Assembly (NCBI GenBank): GCA_037190965.1
Contig: JBBCKI010000004.1
Span: 32,001-96,000 of the forward strand
Source: Chthoniobacteraceae bacterium
GTDB lineage: Bacteria; Verrucomicrobiota; Verrucomicrobiia; Chthoniobacterales; Chthoniobacteraceae
Direction of reading: 5' to 3'
DNA: 64,000 nt
A program made the position numbers and the translations under genes. This document shows, piece after piece, positions 1 to 9,524 of this stretch. Below the pieces are notes generated by a model. The model saw only the letters and a program-made list of their open reading frames with translations, had not been told where the DNA came from and ran no database searches. Position 1 is the first letter of the stretch. Every line of letters starts with the position of its first letter.

Positions 1-381
1 GAGCGGATAAAGAAATCCCTGGCTTATATAGGTATCGGACTGGCGGAAATTGACATAAATAATGTCCGGCGAAGTCCCCGCCGCGATCGCCATGAGAGGG
101 GCCGCATCCATCACATCGCCCTCTATCTTCAGCGTGGTCGAGCTCTCCAATCGGACATCGGGGTGGAGTTCCAGAAAGCGTTGCATGACCTTGTAAGCCG
201 CAACGTTGGAGGCCTCCGTATTCCCTTTCTGCGGAAGCGAGAAAACCTTAACAGTAACAACCGCGTCAGCCCTTTCGACGCCAACGGAATGCTCCGGCAC
301 GAGCCAGAGGATGACCGCAGCCACCATGAAGATGAACCGGAGCATCGTCACTTTTGCCGGGTTATAAAATGCGGATTTCAT
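1..381 (-). CDS. ABC-type extracellular solute-binding protein, N-terminal part (runs off window start)
   Basis: Not in the ORF track. Manual translation from ATG at 381: MKSAFYNPAKVTMLRFIFMVAAVILWL...LMAIAAGTSPDIIYVNFRQSDTYISQGFLYPL. Has a signal peptide and resembles the SBP part of 11201-13897 (SAPDVTFTYVHRLQFLVDQGFLKRL). Confidence 0.75.
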   Translation of the reverse strand, partial: MKSAFYNPAKVTMLRFIFMVAAVILWLVPEHSVGVERADAVVTVKVFSLPQKGNTEASNVAAYKVMQRFLELHPDVRLESSTTLKIEGDVMDAAPLMAIAAGTSPDIIYVNFRQSDTYISQGFLYPL

Positions 382-511
382 CGTGTGGGCGGACAAACCC
401 TGAAAACAACGCGCTGCGCTACGGATCTTCATGCGTGTCTCAAGGAACAGTCTGATAAGATTGCTCACATCGTTTGCTTTCCGGTCTCCATCTGCAAGCT
501 CCCAACCCGAT

Positions 512-1783
512 TTACACAACTTCCGACACTTGTTCCACCAGTTTCAGCCCTTCATCTTCACCAAAGATCTCGCGCCGCATCGCGACAACATCCACGGGCG
601 TCCCCAACCGTTTCGATTGCTCCACTGCAATCCCGACCAACGAAGCCTCGATGCCTTCCCTGATACCGGCCATACTCCGGACTTCACCCCCACTTGCCGC
701 GTCCCAGAATGCGTCATTTAAGACACTATCAGCCCCGTGATGCCCGCTGTCATCAGCACAAATATTGTGGATGATCGTTTCGGCCCCCAGATGTTTCTCA
801 AATGGAATGTCCTGAATGATCGTCCCCCGATCGATGTCGCCCTCCAGGGAGCCATTGGAGCCGAAAAGCCGAATCCGACGGGTCGCACGAGGCTGGGCGA
901 GGCAGGCCATAAAGTTTACCAGCGTTCCATCCTCAAACTCGATCATGACCGCCTGATGATCCGGCACATCGCCGATGTCTGTGTAGACCGACTCATCGGA
1001 AGTCTCCTCGAAGATCTTCTTGATATGAATATCTCCATAGTCGAGGGCAATCTCCCTGATATATTCCGGATCAAAGCGCCGATGTTGCTCCTCCCGCGGG
1101 CGGCCAATGAAATGAGTCCGCTTGGCCATCGAAAAGACGCGCGTCACCCGGGAGCCGGTCAACATATGGAGAATGTCAAAATCATGGCAGCACTTCTCAA
1201 CCATAAATCCTCCCGTTACTCTGTCATCACGCCGCCATGCGCGGAGAAAGAGCGAGGAAAGCGATTGGGATAGATTCTCATCGGCATCAATGGCTAATAA
1301 CTGGCCAATCGTCTTCCGGTCAAGGAACTCCCGGAGCTGACGATAGAACGGCGCATAGCGTAAAACAAAGCCGATGAATACCCGTTCATTTCCGGCCTTC
1401 TTGAATTCCTGCCATAACCGGCGGCATTGCTCAACCGATGTGGCCACCGGCTTTTCGAGGAGAATGGCCGCGCCGGTCTTGAAAGCCTTTATCGCATAAT
1501 CCGCATGCGTGGTATTGTAGGAACCGATAATTAAAACATCAAATGACGCCTTCTCCAGTAGTTCGTCTCCGTCCTCATACTGATCGGGCGCTCCCCATTG
1601 GGCGAACCGTTCCATTAGCATCTTACGTCTCTTCTCGTTTGGGTCCGCAACTGCGACGAGCTGGATACGCGAACGGATCGCCTCAGGCACATTGGTCAGG
1701 TAGGAAACGGCGCGGATTCCTGCCCCGATCACTGCAACGCGAATCTCATCGGCCCCAGCCTGATTCAATAGGGAATTTCTCAT
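512..1783 (-). CDS. Gfo/Idh/MocA family NAD(P)-dependent oxidoreductase
   Basis: VAVIGAGIR Rossmann motif, LLEKP motif, GFVLRY, EKCCHDFD. Start placed at ATG 1783 (MRNSLL); start uncertain. Confidence 0.9.
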   Translation of the reverse strand: MRNSLLNQAGADEIRVAVIGAGIRAVSYLTNVPEAIRSRIQLVAVADPNEKRRKMLMERFAQWGAPDQYEDGDELLEKASFDVLIIGSYNTTHADYAIKAFKTGAAILLEKPVATSVEQCRRLWQEFKKAGNERVFIGFVLRYAPFYRQLREFLDRKTIGQLLAIDADENLSQSLSSLFLRAWRRDDRVTGGFMVEKCCHDFDILHMLTGSRVTRVFSMAKRTHFIGRPREEQHRRFDPEYIREIALDYGDIHIKKIFEETSDESVYTDIGDVPDHQAVMIEFEDGTLVNFMACLAQPRATRRIRLFGSNGSLEGDIDRGTIIQDIPFEKHLGAETIIHNICADDSGHHGADSVLNDAFWDAASGGEVRSMAGIREGIEASLVGIAVEQSKRLGTPVDVVAMRREIFGEDEGLKLVEQVSEVV

Positions 1784-1896
1784 GCCGGAGACCATTGAAT
1801 GAGCCGCACCCAACCTGAAGCATAATCCAGATGTAATAATTTATTGCCACTAGAATCAAATTGTCGCATTCATGGGCCGATGAGACAGCTTCTGCC

Positions 1897-2652
1897 ATGA
1901 CAAACGTGCTAACTTCTGAAAAGCCCCCCCTCAGGAAAAGCATGGCGTGCGGCGGTTCCTCTATCTTTCCTCAGCTGGCATTCACGCTGGTGGAACTCCT
2001 CATCACCATTGCCATCATTGCGGTTCTTGTCGCCTTCGCTCTGCCTACTTTGGGACGAGTTCGTGCATCGGCTGCGAGCACCAGGTGTATGGCGCAAATC
2101 AAACAGGTTGGTAGCGCCTTTTTCGCCTATGCCGCCGATCATCATGGGGTTCTTCCAACAGCCTGGAAAAACGACACGGGATATCGGGAAAACTGGAACT
2201 ATTATCTCGCGCCGTACCTCGGCCTCCAGGAAGGCGAAGAAATTAGCCTGAGTCCAACCGCGTTGTCTTGCCCGGCCCCGAGCAGCTTCGGCCTTCCCTA
2301 TTCCGCTTATTGTGTGAATTACAATATTGTGATCAGTTTGGAGCCTGGGACGTCCGGCATCCCGTGGATCGATACCGGCGCGAGGCGTCTTACTAGTGAC
2401 ATCGATCCGGGAACGTTTATCCTGGCGGATGGGCAGGGCCTCCTAATCAATTCTCCGATCCATTGGAAGATGACGACTGATCACGATGGAGATGGGGTCG
2501 TGGACTCCTTCGCCGGAGTTCCCTTTAATGGCGTCGATTTCCGGCACGCGGGAAAAGCGAACTTCTTTCTTCGCGATGGCTCGGTAGTCGCTCTCTCTTC
2601 CCGTCAATGGGCGACGAACCATAATAACGTCTGGGGAGCAAGCATAGATTAG
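1897..2652 (+). CDS. Prepilin-type N-terminal cleavage/methylation protein with C-terminal H-X9-DG motif
   Basis: AFTLVELLITIAIIAVL prepilin signal; C-terminal HAGKANFFLRDG fits H-X9-DG, typical of PVC pseudopilin-like proteins. Confidence 0.9.
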   Translation: MTNVLTSEKPPLRKSMACGGSSIFPQLAFTLVELLITIAIIAVLVAFALPTLGRVRASAASTRCMAQIKQVGSAFFAYAADHHGVLPTAWKNDTGYRENWNYYLAPYLGLQEGEEISLSPTALSCPAPSSFGLPYSAYCVNYNIVISLEPGTSGIPWIDTGARRLTSDIDPGTFILADGQGLLINSPIHWKMTTDHDGDGVVDSFAGVPFNGVDFRHAGKANFFLRDGSVVALSSRQWATNHNNVWGASID

Positions 2653-2654
2653 CA

Positions 2655-3241
2655 ACGGGAAGTGCGCAAACCATTCCGCCCAAGCGGAAATCCGAACCCT
2701 TCGTTGGCAGCATTCGGCTTTTAATTGAGGAGCACAGCCAATGGCATGACTGGAGCGTCCAGCATGCCCGCTCGTATTCTGATTCCATTCCCCAACGAAC
2801 CATAGGGCAGTTTGGACGGCGAAAAAAATATGGCTGGGAGCACCATCCTGAAGCGTATCACATCTACAAAATCGATTGTGATATTATCAGTTTTTTTACT
2901 TTCGAACATGAAAGAATCGACCCTGAGGATGCCAAGAAGATGTTCACCACGATTCTCCGAAGGACGTTTGATCTGAACATCCTCTATTTCCCGAATGCCG
3001 TCTCGCTCCGGTGTTTCGAGTACGGAGCCCGGCATGACATTCCTCCTCACATTCACTTTCTAATCGCAGACATCCGGCATTGTTGGACAGGATTTCTGCG
3101 ATCCTACGTGCTCTACGGCGGCCCAAAAACGACTTATGCGGCGCGTTAGAAGAGAAATGGGCGTTTAGCATCCGGACTCGATATCCGAGCGGCGTGAAAT
3201 TCAGTCATCAAATTTTTCGTTTGCTCATCTACCACAGATAA
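2655..3241 (+). pseudogene. Possible remnant of an HUH (rolling-circle Rep-like) endonuclease gene
   Basis: Stop-free frame from before 2655 to 3149 with no ATG until 2940. Contains FFTF (motif I-like) and FEYGARHDIPPHIHFLI (HUH-like). Apparent continuation in another frame (LCGALEEKW...). Confidence 0.35.
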
Positions 3242-3473
3242 CTATAGGCGTATCCGCAGAACGTCGGAACTTTGAGTTTCCTTGCAGGCTGGAATTCAGC
3301 CGCCCGCACCAAGGGTGCGCAGCAGCTGAAACCACCTGGCGAATTTACCATTCTCGAATACGCCCTTGATTCGAGCGTAGCCCCAACCCGTTCGGCTTCC
3401 AGCGAAACGCCCTGTCCGCCGCCCTCCTGCAGGGCTCTGTCAAAAGCCCGGCGACTGCAGGCCGCGCATGCGG

Positions 3474-4394
3474 TCAGAACACCGGGCCCGGGACGAAGTT
3501 CCCTCCCCGGCACCGTTGCAGGTAGTGAAGGGCGTGAACCTGCCCTGTCATCTCCAGCTCCCCCTTGTAAACCGGGTCGTGCCACCCTTCGATGTCGATC
3601 GTTCCGGAGTAGTTCGCAGCGCGGAGGATGGAGATGATGTCCGTCCAGTTGGAATCTCCGAACCCGGGATGGCGGTGCTCCGCGATCGGCTTGTTTGAAT
3701 GGATACCGTGTCTCGCGATCACATCGCGGTAAACACTCGCATCCTTGCCGTGAAGGTGAAAGATCTTGTGAACCCATTGGCGAAGCTGCGGGATCGGGTC
3801 AATGAGCTGGCAGAGTTGATGGCACGGCTCCCACTCCAGCCCGACGTTCGGCGCCGGGAGAACATCGAACAGAAGCTCCCAGGCATCGGGGTTGAAGGCG
3901 AGATTCCAATCGCCCGAGTTCCAATCGCCATTCATTGGGCAGTTTTCAAAGGCAATCCGAACTCCGCGCGCCGCCGCCCGCTCAGCCAGCGGCTCCCAGA
4001 CCTCCTTGAAGCGAGGGAGGGAACTGGGAACCGGCTCGCCCCGGACCCGTCCGGTGAACCCACAGACCAAGTCACACCCAAAGTGCGGCGCGGCATCAAT
4101 CGCTTTCTGCAACGCCTCCCGGGTGGCCTTGTCGGCTTCCTCTTCTCCGAGCGGATTCCCAAACACCCCGAGCGAAGAGACGATGGGGCGCTCCGCGGTT
4201 TCCCCCGCCTCCACCAGAACCGCCGCCACTTCATCTGCCAAACGGCAAAGGTCGACTCCCTCCAATGTACGCCAAAACTGAATCTGGAACGACTCGAAAC
4301 CGAGCGGAATCAGGTAACGAAGATAGTCGGGCGTCCGATTTCCTTTTCCGGCCATCGTCCCGATCCGAATCATATGATCTAAATGACTATTCAT
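3474..4394 (-). CDS. Sugar phosphate isomerase/epimerase (xylose isomerase-like TIM barrel, AP endonuclease 2 family)
   Basis: AFENCPM, EWEPCH, HLHGKD, RHPGFGD and IDIE metal-binding pattern; overlaps the end of the upstream oxidoreductase. Confidence 0.9.
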   Translation of the reverse strand: MNSHLDHMIRIGTMAGKGNRTPDYLRYLIPLGFESFQIQFWRTLEGVDLCRLADEVAAVLVEAGETAERPIVSSLGVFGNPLGEEEADKATREALQKAIDAAPHFGCDLVCGFTGRVRGEPVPSSLPRFKEVWEPLAERAAARGVRIAFENCPMNGDWNSGDWNLAFNPDAWELLFDVLPAPNVGLEWEPCHQLCQLIDPIPQLRQWVHKIFHLHGKDASVYRDVIARHGIHSNKPIAEHRHPGFGDSNWTDIISILRAANYSGTIDIEGWHDPVYKGELEMTGQVHALHYLQRCRGGNFVPGPVF

Positions 4395-5448
4395 AAAAAA
4401 AAGATTGTACCAAAACCGGGCAGCCTTCGTTCTCGGCGCTCTGTACCGCGCCCGCCACCATCACCAGACTTTGAAGGTTATCCTCGGCGCAAGTCTGAGG
4501 CACGCTGGCGGCATCAAGCGCATCCAGAAACTCGCCGATGTTTCCGGCATGGCCAAGCTGCGCCTCAGTGAGAAGCTCGAGCGGAATCTCGAGCCGTTCC
4601 ACCGGTTGAGAGAAAGCCGTGCCATCCCAGGAACCCAGCACCCGCTCCACGGTGACGATTTGATCCCCGTCCCACAAAAGCGTCCCGCTTTCCCCGATAA
4701 TGCGCCACGAAGCATTCCAGTTCGTCGGGTGCCCCTGCGCGCACCAGCTTCCCCGGTAGGTAAACAGTGTCTCATTCGTCATCTCGAACAGCGCCACAGC
4801 GCTTGCCCCTTGGGAGAACCAAGATCCGGGCGGGTTGAACTCGTGGCAACTCACCCGAACGGGGTCGAAGCCGCTCAGAAACCGGGCTTCATCAAAGGTA
4901 TGAATCGCCATGTCGAGAAGGAGCGGGTGCTCCATCGTTGCCCGGAACCCGCCGAAGCGCGGCCCGAGAAAAAAATCCGCATGGATCGTATGGATACGGC
5001 CAATCGCACCGCCCGCAAGAGCATTCTTGGTGGCAACCGCCCCAGGATGATAACGCCGGTTCTGGATAACCGCCAGCCGCTTTCCCGTTCTGGCGGCCAA
5101 TGCCGCCAGTTCCCGAGCTTCGGCTAAGTTGGATGCGAGCGGCTTTTCCACCAGCACATCGCATCCCGCGCGCAGGGCTGCCCCGCAGGTGGAAGCGTGC
5201 GCCTCGGGGATGGTACAGTTGAACACGATGTCGGGCCGGATCTCGGCCAGCATAGCTTCCAGCGAGGTGCCGGTTGGAAGATCAGACCCGGGGTAGAACT
5301 TGCCAGCAACGGCGCGGGCATTCTCCTCGCGAAGATCGACAAACCCTGCGGGTTCAAGGCGGTCGGCGAAGTGATCCTGGATGGCGGCAAGCCAGCTATG
5401 ACTGATCCCTCCACATCCGGCTAACACAAAACGGCGTTTCTTTGGCAT
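4387..5448 (-). CDS. Gfo/Idh/MocA family oxidoreductase
   Basis: LAGCGGIS, LVEKPLA, QNRRY, LLDMAIHTFD. Start placed at ATG 5448 (MPKKRR). Confidence 0.9.
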   Translation of the reverse strand: MPKKRRFVLAGCGGISHSWLAAIQDHFADRLEPAGFVDLREENARAVAGKFYPGSDLPTGTSLEAMLAEIRPDIVFNCTIPEAHASTCGAALRAGCDVLVEKPLASNLAEARELAALAARTGKRLAVIQNRRYHPGAVATKNALAGGAIGRIHTIHADFFLGPRFGGFRATMEHPLLLDMAIHTFDEARFLSGFDPVRVSCHEFNPPGSWFSQGASAVALFEMTNETLFTYRGSWCAQGHPTNWNASWRIIGESGTLLWDGDQIVTVERVLGSWDGTAFSQPVERLEIPLELLTEAQLGHAGNIGEFLDALDAASVPQTCAEDNLQSLVMVAGAVQSAENEGCPVLVQSFFYE

Positions 5449-5593
5449 GAAATATAAAAAGGAATAAAAAGCGATCTCGACGAGCCCAAAATGGGATCCG
5501 ATAATGGTCCGACGGTAAAATATGAAGCGCGACACGACAATTCATCGCCGTAGCAGGAAACCGGCATTAATAAGACAAAACCGGCTTGATCGG

Positions 5594-6469
5594 ATGTTGT
5601 CCTGCGCTGATCTTCGCGTGGCCCATTATCTTCGCATCGTGGAACGTCGGATCGGGGAAGTGGAGGCGGGAGAGTTCAGCCTCAAGGTGCCGCGCCTTCG
5701 TGGGCTCCGTCTCCGTCTGCCAGGCAAACCGTTTCATGCCACGCCTGAGCTGTTTCTTCAGGAGCAGGGGGACCTGGACTTCGAGTTCCCGGAAGAGCGT
5801 CTTTCCCTGTTGGCCGGAGAGACGTGCATCGTCCCGAGCGGGATGCCACACCTCGAACGATGGCATGCGAGAGGCGCGCCCTTTCTCAACATGATCGTCA
5901 TGTTCCAGCGAGATGGAATCGCCATTCACCACGGTTACGGGGGCGGGTGCATCCGGGTGGGGCCGCTTGATCGTTTTACGCTCCCCGGCCACCTCAAAAT
6001 CGTGGAGCATGCTGACGAAATCAGCGGACGACTTGACGGCGGCATGACCCCCAGAGAGCCTGTGACAAGGGGGCTCTACCTCGCGCTACTGGGACGACTC
6101 AGGGAGGGACTCCTTTCGCGTCCGGTCGATTCGCCCGAGATTCACCCGGTGTTGCGCCGCTGCCATGCGTTGCTCGAAACCGACTTCACACGGCCCGACT
6201 TTTCGGTCGAGGGAGTGGCCGCGAAGCTCGGTTGTTCGGCCGATCACCTTTCACGGACCTTCCGCAAACACTCCGGGCGGCGGCTGATCGAATATGTGCT
6301 TCAAAAACGGATCGACTACGCAAGGCACCTGCTCAAAGAGTCCCGCTTCAACATCGCCGAGGTTGCGTGGGCGTGCGGCTTTGCCAACACCTCATATTTC
6401 AACCGCGTCTTTCGTTCATTGACTGCAATGACTCCAGGAGCGTTCCGGAAAAAGCAGGGGATGCTGTAG
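5594..6469 (+). CDS. AraC family transcriptional regulator
   Basis: N-terminal cupin (FHATPE...MPH) and C-terminal double HTH (IAEVAWACGFANTSYFNRVFRSLTAMTPGAFR); divergent from the oxidoreductase/isomerase pair. Start uncertain (5522 possible). Confidence 0.9.
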   Translation: MLSCADLRVAHYLRIVERRIGEVEAGEFSLKVPRLRGLRLRLPGKPFHATPELFLQEQGDLDFEFPEERLSLLAGETCIVPSGMPHLERWHARGAPFLNMIVMFQRDGIAIHHGYGGGCIRVGPLDRFTLPGHLKIVEHADEISGRLDGGMTPREPVTRGLYLALLGRLREGLLSRPVDSPEIHPVLRRCHALLETDFTRPDFSVEGVAAKLGCSADHLSRTFRKHSGRRLIEYVLQKRIDYARHLLKESRFNIAEVAWACGFANTSYFNRVFRSLTAMTPGAFRKKQGML

Positions 6470-6650
6470 GAGCCGCTCCATCAGCAAATCACTAGTCGCG
6501 CGAACTGCTTGGCTACGCGGTGCACGGATTCTCCCTTAGGCGACAGGAGGGCATTGTGCGGCCCTTCAAGCCGGGCGGTATTGGCACCCATCCAGCCGCG
6601 CCGCTTAAAAAAGACGCCCACCAGCCCCGGAGCGCTCGCAAAATCAACGG

Positions 6651-7661
6651 CTACATCGATCTTTCAAACGCTCTAATATCGACGCTCTTACCGGAGGCCA
6701 GGCTCTCTGTTGCGGCGATACACACTTCAAGGCTTTGAGTTGCATCGGCATAGCTAGATCGCAGCAGACCTTGATCCCCGCACTGCACCGCGTTTACGAA
6801 CCCTTTCAGTTCTTCGAGATAGGAATTTGCCTTGGCGCTTTCGTCAATCACCGCGTCTCCGACTGTCCCAAACAGCCGCGCCTTCCCGATCTGCCAGGTA
6901 AGATCGAGATCTTCCCCCACAACCTGAATCTCAAGCAGATGCTTCTTATGCGACCAATTATGGAGATGGGTGGACAGCATTCCAGACTCGTGTTGCAACA
7001 GATATCCCGTTGTTTCTTCGCAATCTCTCCCCGGAACGGCAACAAGGCTGCCCAGATCGGCGATGGTCTGCACCTTAACCGGTTCGTCTCCTGTAATATA
7101 TCGCAACACGTCCTGGAAGTGAATCGCCTGCTCAATTAATGGGCCACCGCATCCATCCTTCCTGTAAAGCCATTTTGAAGCCCAGCCTTTGGCCACCCAA
7201 TCGAATACGGGCCATGCGACGACCGATCTTGCCAACAAACGATGATGGCCTTCCAGCAGTTGCCGCATTCGGCTGGCCAAGGGATCCCAGCGATACATGA
7301 AGCCGGTCGTATTGAGGATTCCGGCCCGTTCAATCATTGTCCGAATCTCCCCGGCAGATTCGCGCGTCATGGCCGGCGGCTTCTCGCAGAACAGGGCAAT
7401 ACCCCGCTCGCAAACGGCGGCAATCGGGTCGCGACGCACCATGGCCGGGGTCGCGAGAATGAGTGCATCCAACTCGCGTTCCCCCTCCAGCAGTTCTTTC
7501 CAACCCGAATAAGGCCGCGCCCCATAGTTACCGGCCGCTTTGGCAACCAGCGCCGGGTCCAGATCGGCAACCGCCACCACGCTTGCATCCGGAATGGAAG
7601 CAAGATTCTTGAGATGCATTGCTCCAACACCGAGCCCCACCACGGCAATTTTTACAGACAT
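6651..7661 (-). CDS. Gfo/Idh/MocA family oxidoreductase
   Basis: KIAVVGLG, FCEKPP, GFMYRW, EQAIHFQD. Start at ATG 7661 (MSVKIAVVG), overlapping the upstream gene. Confidence 0.9.
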   Translation of the reverse strand: MSVKIAVVGLGVGAMHLKNLASIPDASVVAVADLDPALVAKAAGNYGARPYSGWKELLEGERELDALILATPAMVRRDPIAAVCERGIALFCEKPPAMTRESAGEIRTMIERAGILNTTGFMYRWDPLASRMRQLLEGHHRLLARSVVAWPVFDWVAKGWASKWLYRKDGCGGPLIEQAIHFQDVLRYITGDEPVKVQTIADLGSLVAVPGRDCEETTGYLLQHESGMLSTHLHNWSHKKHLLEIQVVGEDLDLTWQIGKARLFGTVGDAVIDESAKANSYLEELKGFVNAVQCGDQGLLRSSYADATQSLEVCIAATESLASGKSVDIRAFERSM

Positions 7662-8494
7662 GTAATTTCCCCCAGTTGTTTTTCTAGTTCTTTCAAAGAG
7701 CAGGAGAGCCGCGACATCACCTCGCTGGCGTCCATTTTCCAAATGCCCCGGTCGTAAAGCTCGACGCTGTAATATCCTCTATACCCGAACCGATGAAGGG
7801 CTCTCATCATGTTTGGGACATCGATGCGCCCTTCGCCGGGGAAACAGCGGCGCTCGCTCGAAAGCCTCTCCATGGGCAAACGAGATGAATCATCGATATG
7901 AACCATGAATAGCTTCTCTGAAGGCAAAAGCGTCAATTCCTCCAGATGACTCGCCGATGTATAATAGTGGCAGAGATCAAACAGTAATCCACACGCAGGG
8001 TGATCGACTTGATTGATCAGTTCAATGCAAGATCCCAGCGTTCCATTGATGCCATACCCGCCGAGAAATTCCAGACACAGCCGGATGTCGCGGGAAGCGG
8101 CCATCTCAGAGGCTTTGCGAAGCTTCTCCGCCACACAAGCGTAATCTTTTGCAATATCCTCCTGCACCTCGCCAAGAATGATCACCGCGAGGGCGGGAGC
8201 GCCGAGGGCTACCGCCATCTCCAGCCTCTTGCCGAGGGCATCCATCTCCCTCTGGGTTTGTTCGGGATCATTGGAGGTAGATAGGCTTGCGAACGCCAAG
8301 CCGACAACCGTCACTCCGGCCTCCCCCAGTTGCCGCCTCATCTGCTCATACGTCCCGCCTGTTGCCAGGAAAGCGTCGACCTTCGAGGCCCAAACTTCGA
8401 CGTGACTGATCTTGAATTCCTTCCAGAGGTCAAGCTCTTCACTCCACGAAGAGTTCATCACCGTCGCACTATTTAATGCCCATTTGATGCTCAT
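7652..8494 (-). CDS. Sugar phosphate isomerase/epimerase (IolI/IolE-like TIM barrel)
   Basis: LCLEFLG, LFDLCHY, VHIDD, RCFPGEG, YSVELY. Start at ATG 8494. Confidence 0.88.
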   Translation of the reverse strand: MSIKWALNSATVMNSSWSEELDLWKEFKISHVEVWASKVDAFLATGGTYEQMRRQLGEAGVTVVGLAFASLSTSNDPEQTQREMDALGKRLEMAVALGAPALAVIILGEVQEDIAKDYACVAEKLRKASEMAASRDIRLCLEFLGGYGINGTLGSCIELINQVDHPACGLLFDLCHYYTSASHLEELTLLPSEKLFMVHIDDSSRLPMERLSSERRCFPGEGRIDVPNMMRALHRFGYRGYYSVELYDRGIWKMDASEVMSRLSCSLKELEKQLGEITCL

Positions 8495-8625
8495 AAATGA
8501 TGTCTGAAATGCCCCTTTGTCCCACCGATACAATGGTTACTTCGGATGCAGGGCGGCAAGTCTCAATGACGAAAGCAAGCTATCAAGATCCGGCTTGTGG
8601 AGTAATAGCGCGGAATGCTAGAAAC

Positions 8626-9483
8626 ATGGAATATCGCGCTATGCCGCTTCCACGCACTGAGTCCCCCCAGCCGCCTTCCCAACCGATCACTATTGGTTCC
8701 TTCTCGTGCAAGAGCAGACACTTTGCATGGAGAACCAATGGAACCGGCGATTGGCAGATTCTCTACACCGAGAGCGGCTATGGCCGCTTTGGAACCTGCC
8801 AAGGAGATCTGCAATCGAAGAAAGGAGATCTGGTGCTTCTTTGTCCTCGTACCCCCCATGACTATGGTGCCTCCTCCCCGAACCGGAGCTGGAAAGTTCG
8901 GTGGGCTCATTTCATCCCCGATGACCGATGGCTACCATGGCTGCGCTGGCCCGAATTTTCACCCGGCGTTCTCCGGCTCGAACTGGATGACCTGCAGTTG
9001 CACCGCACGATGGTGGAGAGGTTTGCGGTGATGGAGCAGTATTCGAGAAGCCCGGCTCGCCATGGAGAGGCCCTCGCGCAAACGGTTCTTCAGGAAATCC
9101 TCCTTCACTGCGATGCCCACAATCCCCACACGCGGGAGTCCTTGATGGACGCCCGGATCAGGAAGGTTGTCGAGTCCATGGCAGGAAGTCTCGCCCAGCG
9201 GATAAAACTCGAAAGAATGGCCGCTTCCTGTGGACTCTCCGCTTCGCGGTTCTCCCATCTTTTCCAAAAAGAAATCGGAAAGAGCCCCCTGCACTATCTT
9301 GAAGATCGCCGCATGCTGCGCGCCCGGCAAATGATGGAGAGTACAGGCCATTCCATTTCGGAGATCGCCTACGATCTGGGCTACGATGATCCTTTGTATT
9401 TCAGCAAGCGATTCAAGGCTTACACCGGTTTCAGCCCGCGCGATTTTCGCAGGAAGCTGAGCGTGGAACCTCGCCGCCTTTAG
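8626..9483 (+). CDS. AraC family transcriptional regulator (arabinose regulator-like)
   Basis: AraC ligand-binding domain (PHDYG, WAHF) and HTH (ISEIAYDLGYDDPLYFSKRFKAYTGFSPRDFR). Start uncertain. Confidence 0.9.
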   Translation: MEYRAMPLPRTESPQPPSQPITIGSFSCKSRHFAWRTNGTGDWQILYTESGYGRFGTCQGDLQSKKGDLVLLCPRTPHDYGASSPNRSWKVRWAHFIPDDRWLPWLRWPEFSPGVLRLELDDLQLHRTMVERFAVMEQYSRSPARHGEALAQTVLQEILLHCDAHNPHTRESLMDARIRKVVESMAGSLAQRIKLERMAASCGLSASRFSHLFQKEIGKSPLHYLEDRRMLRARQMMESTGHSISEIAYDLGYDDPLYFSKRFKAYTGFSPRDFRRKLSVEPRRL

Positions 9484-9524
9484 AGCAGTTCAACTAATTC
9501 TGTAGCCAAGACGAATACGCATAT

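Noticed and set aside
163..663. 166-aa plus-strand ORF
   Set aside because: The minus strand carries a convincing SBP start (1-381) and the end of the oxidoreductase.
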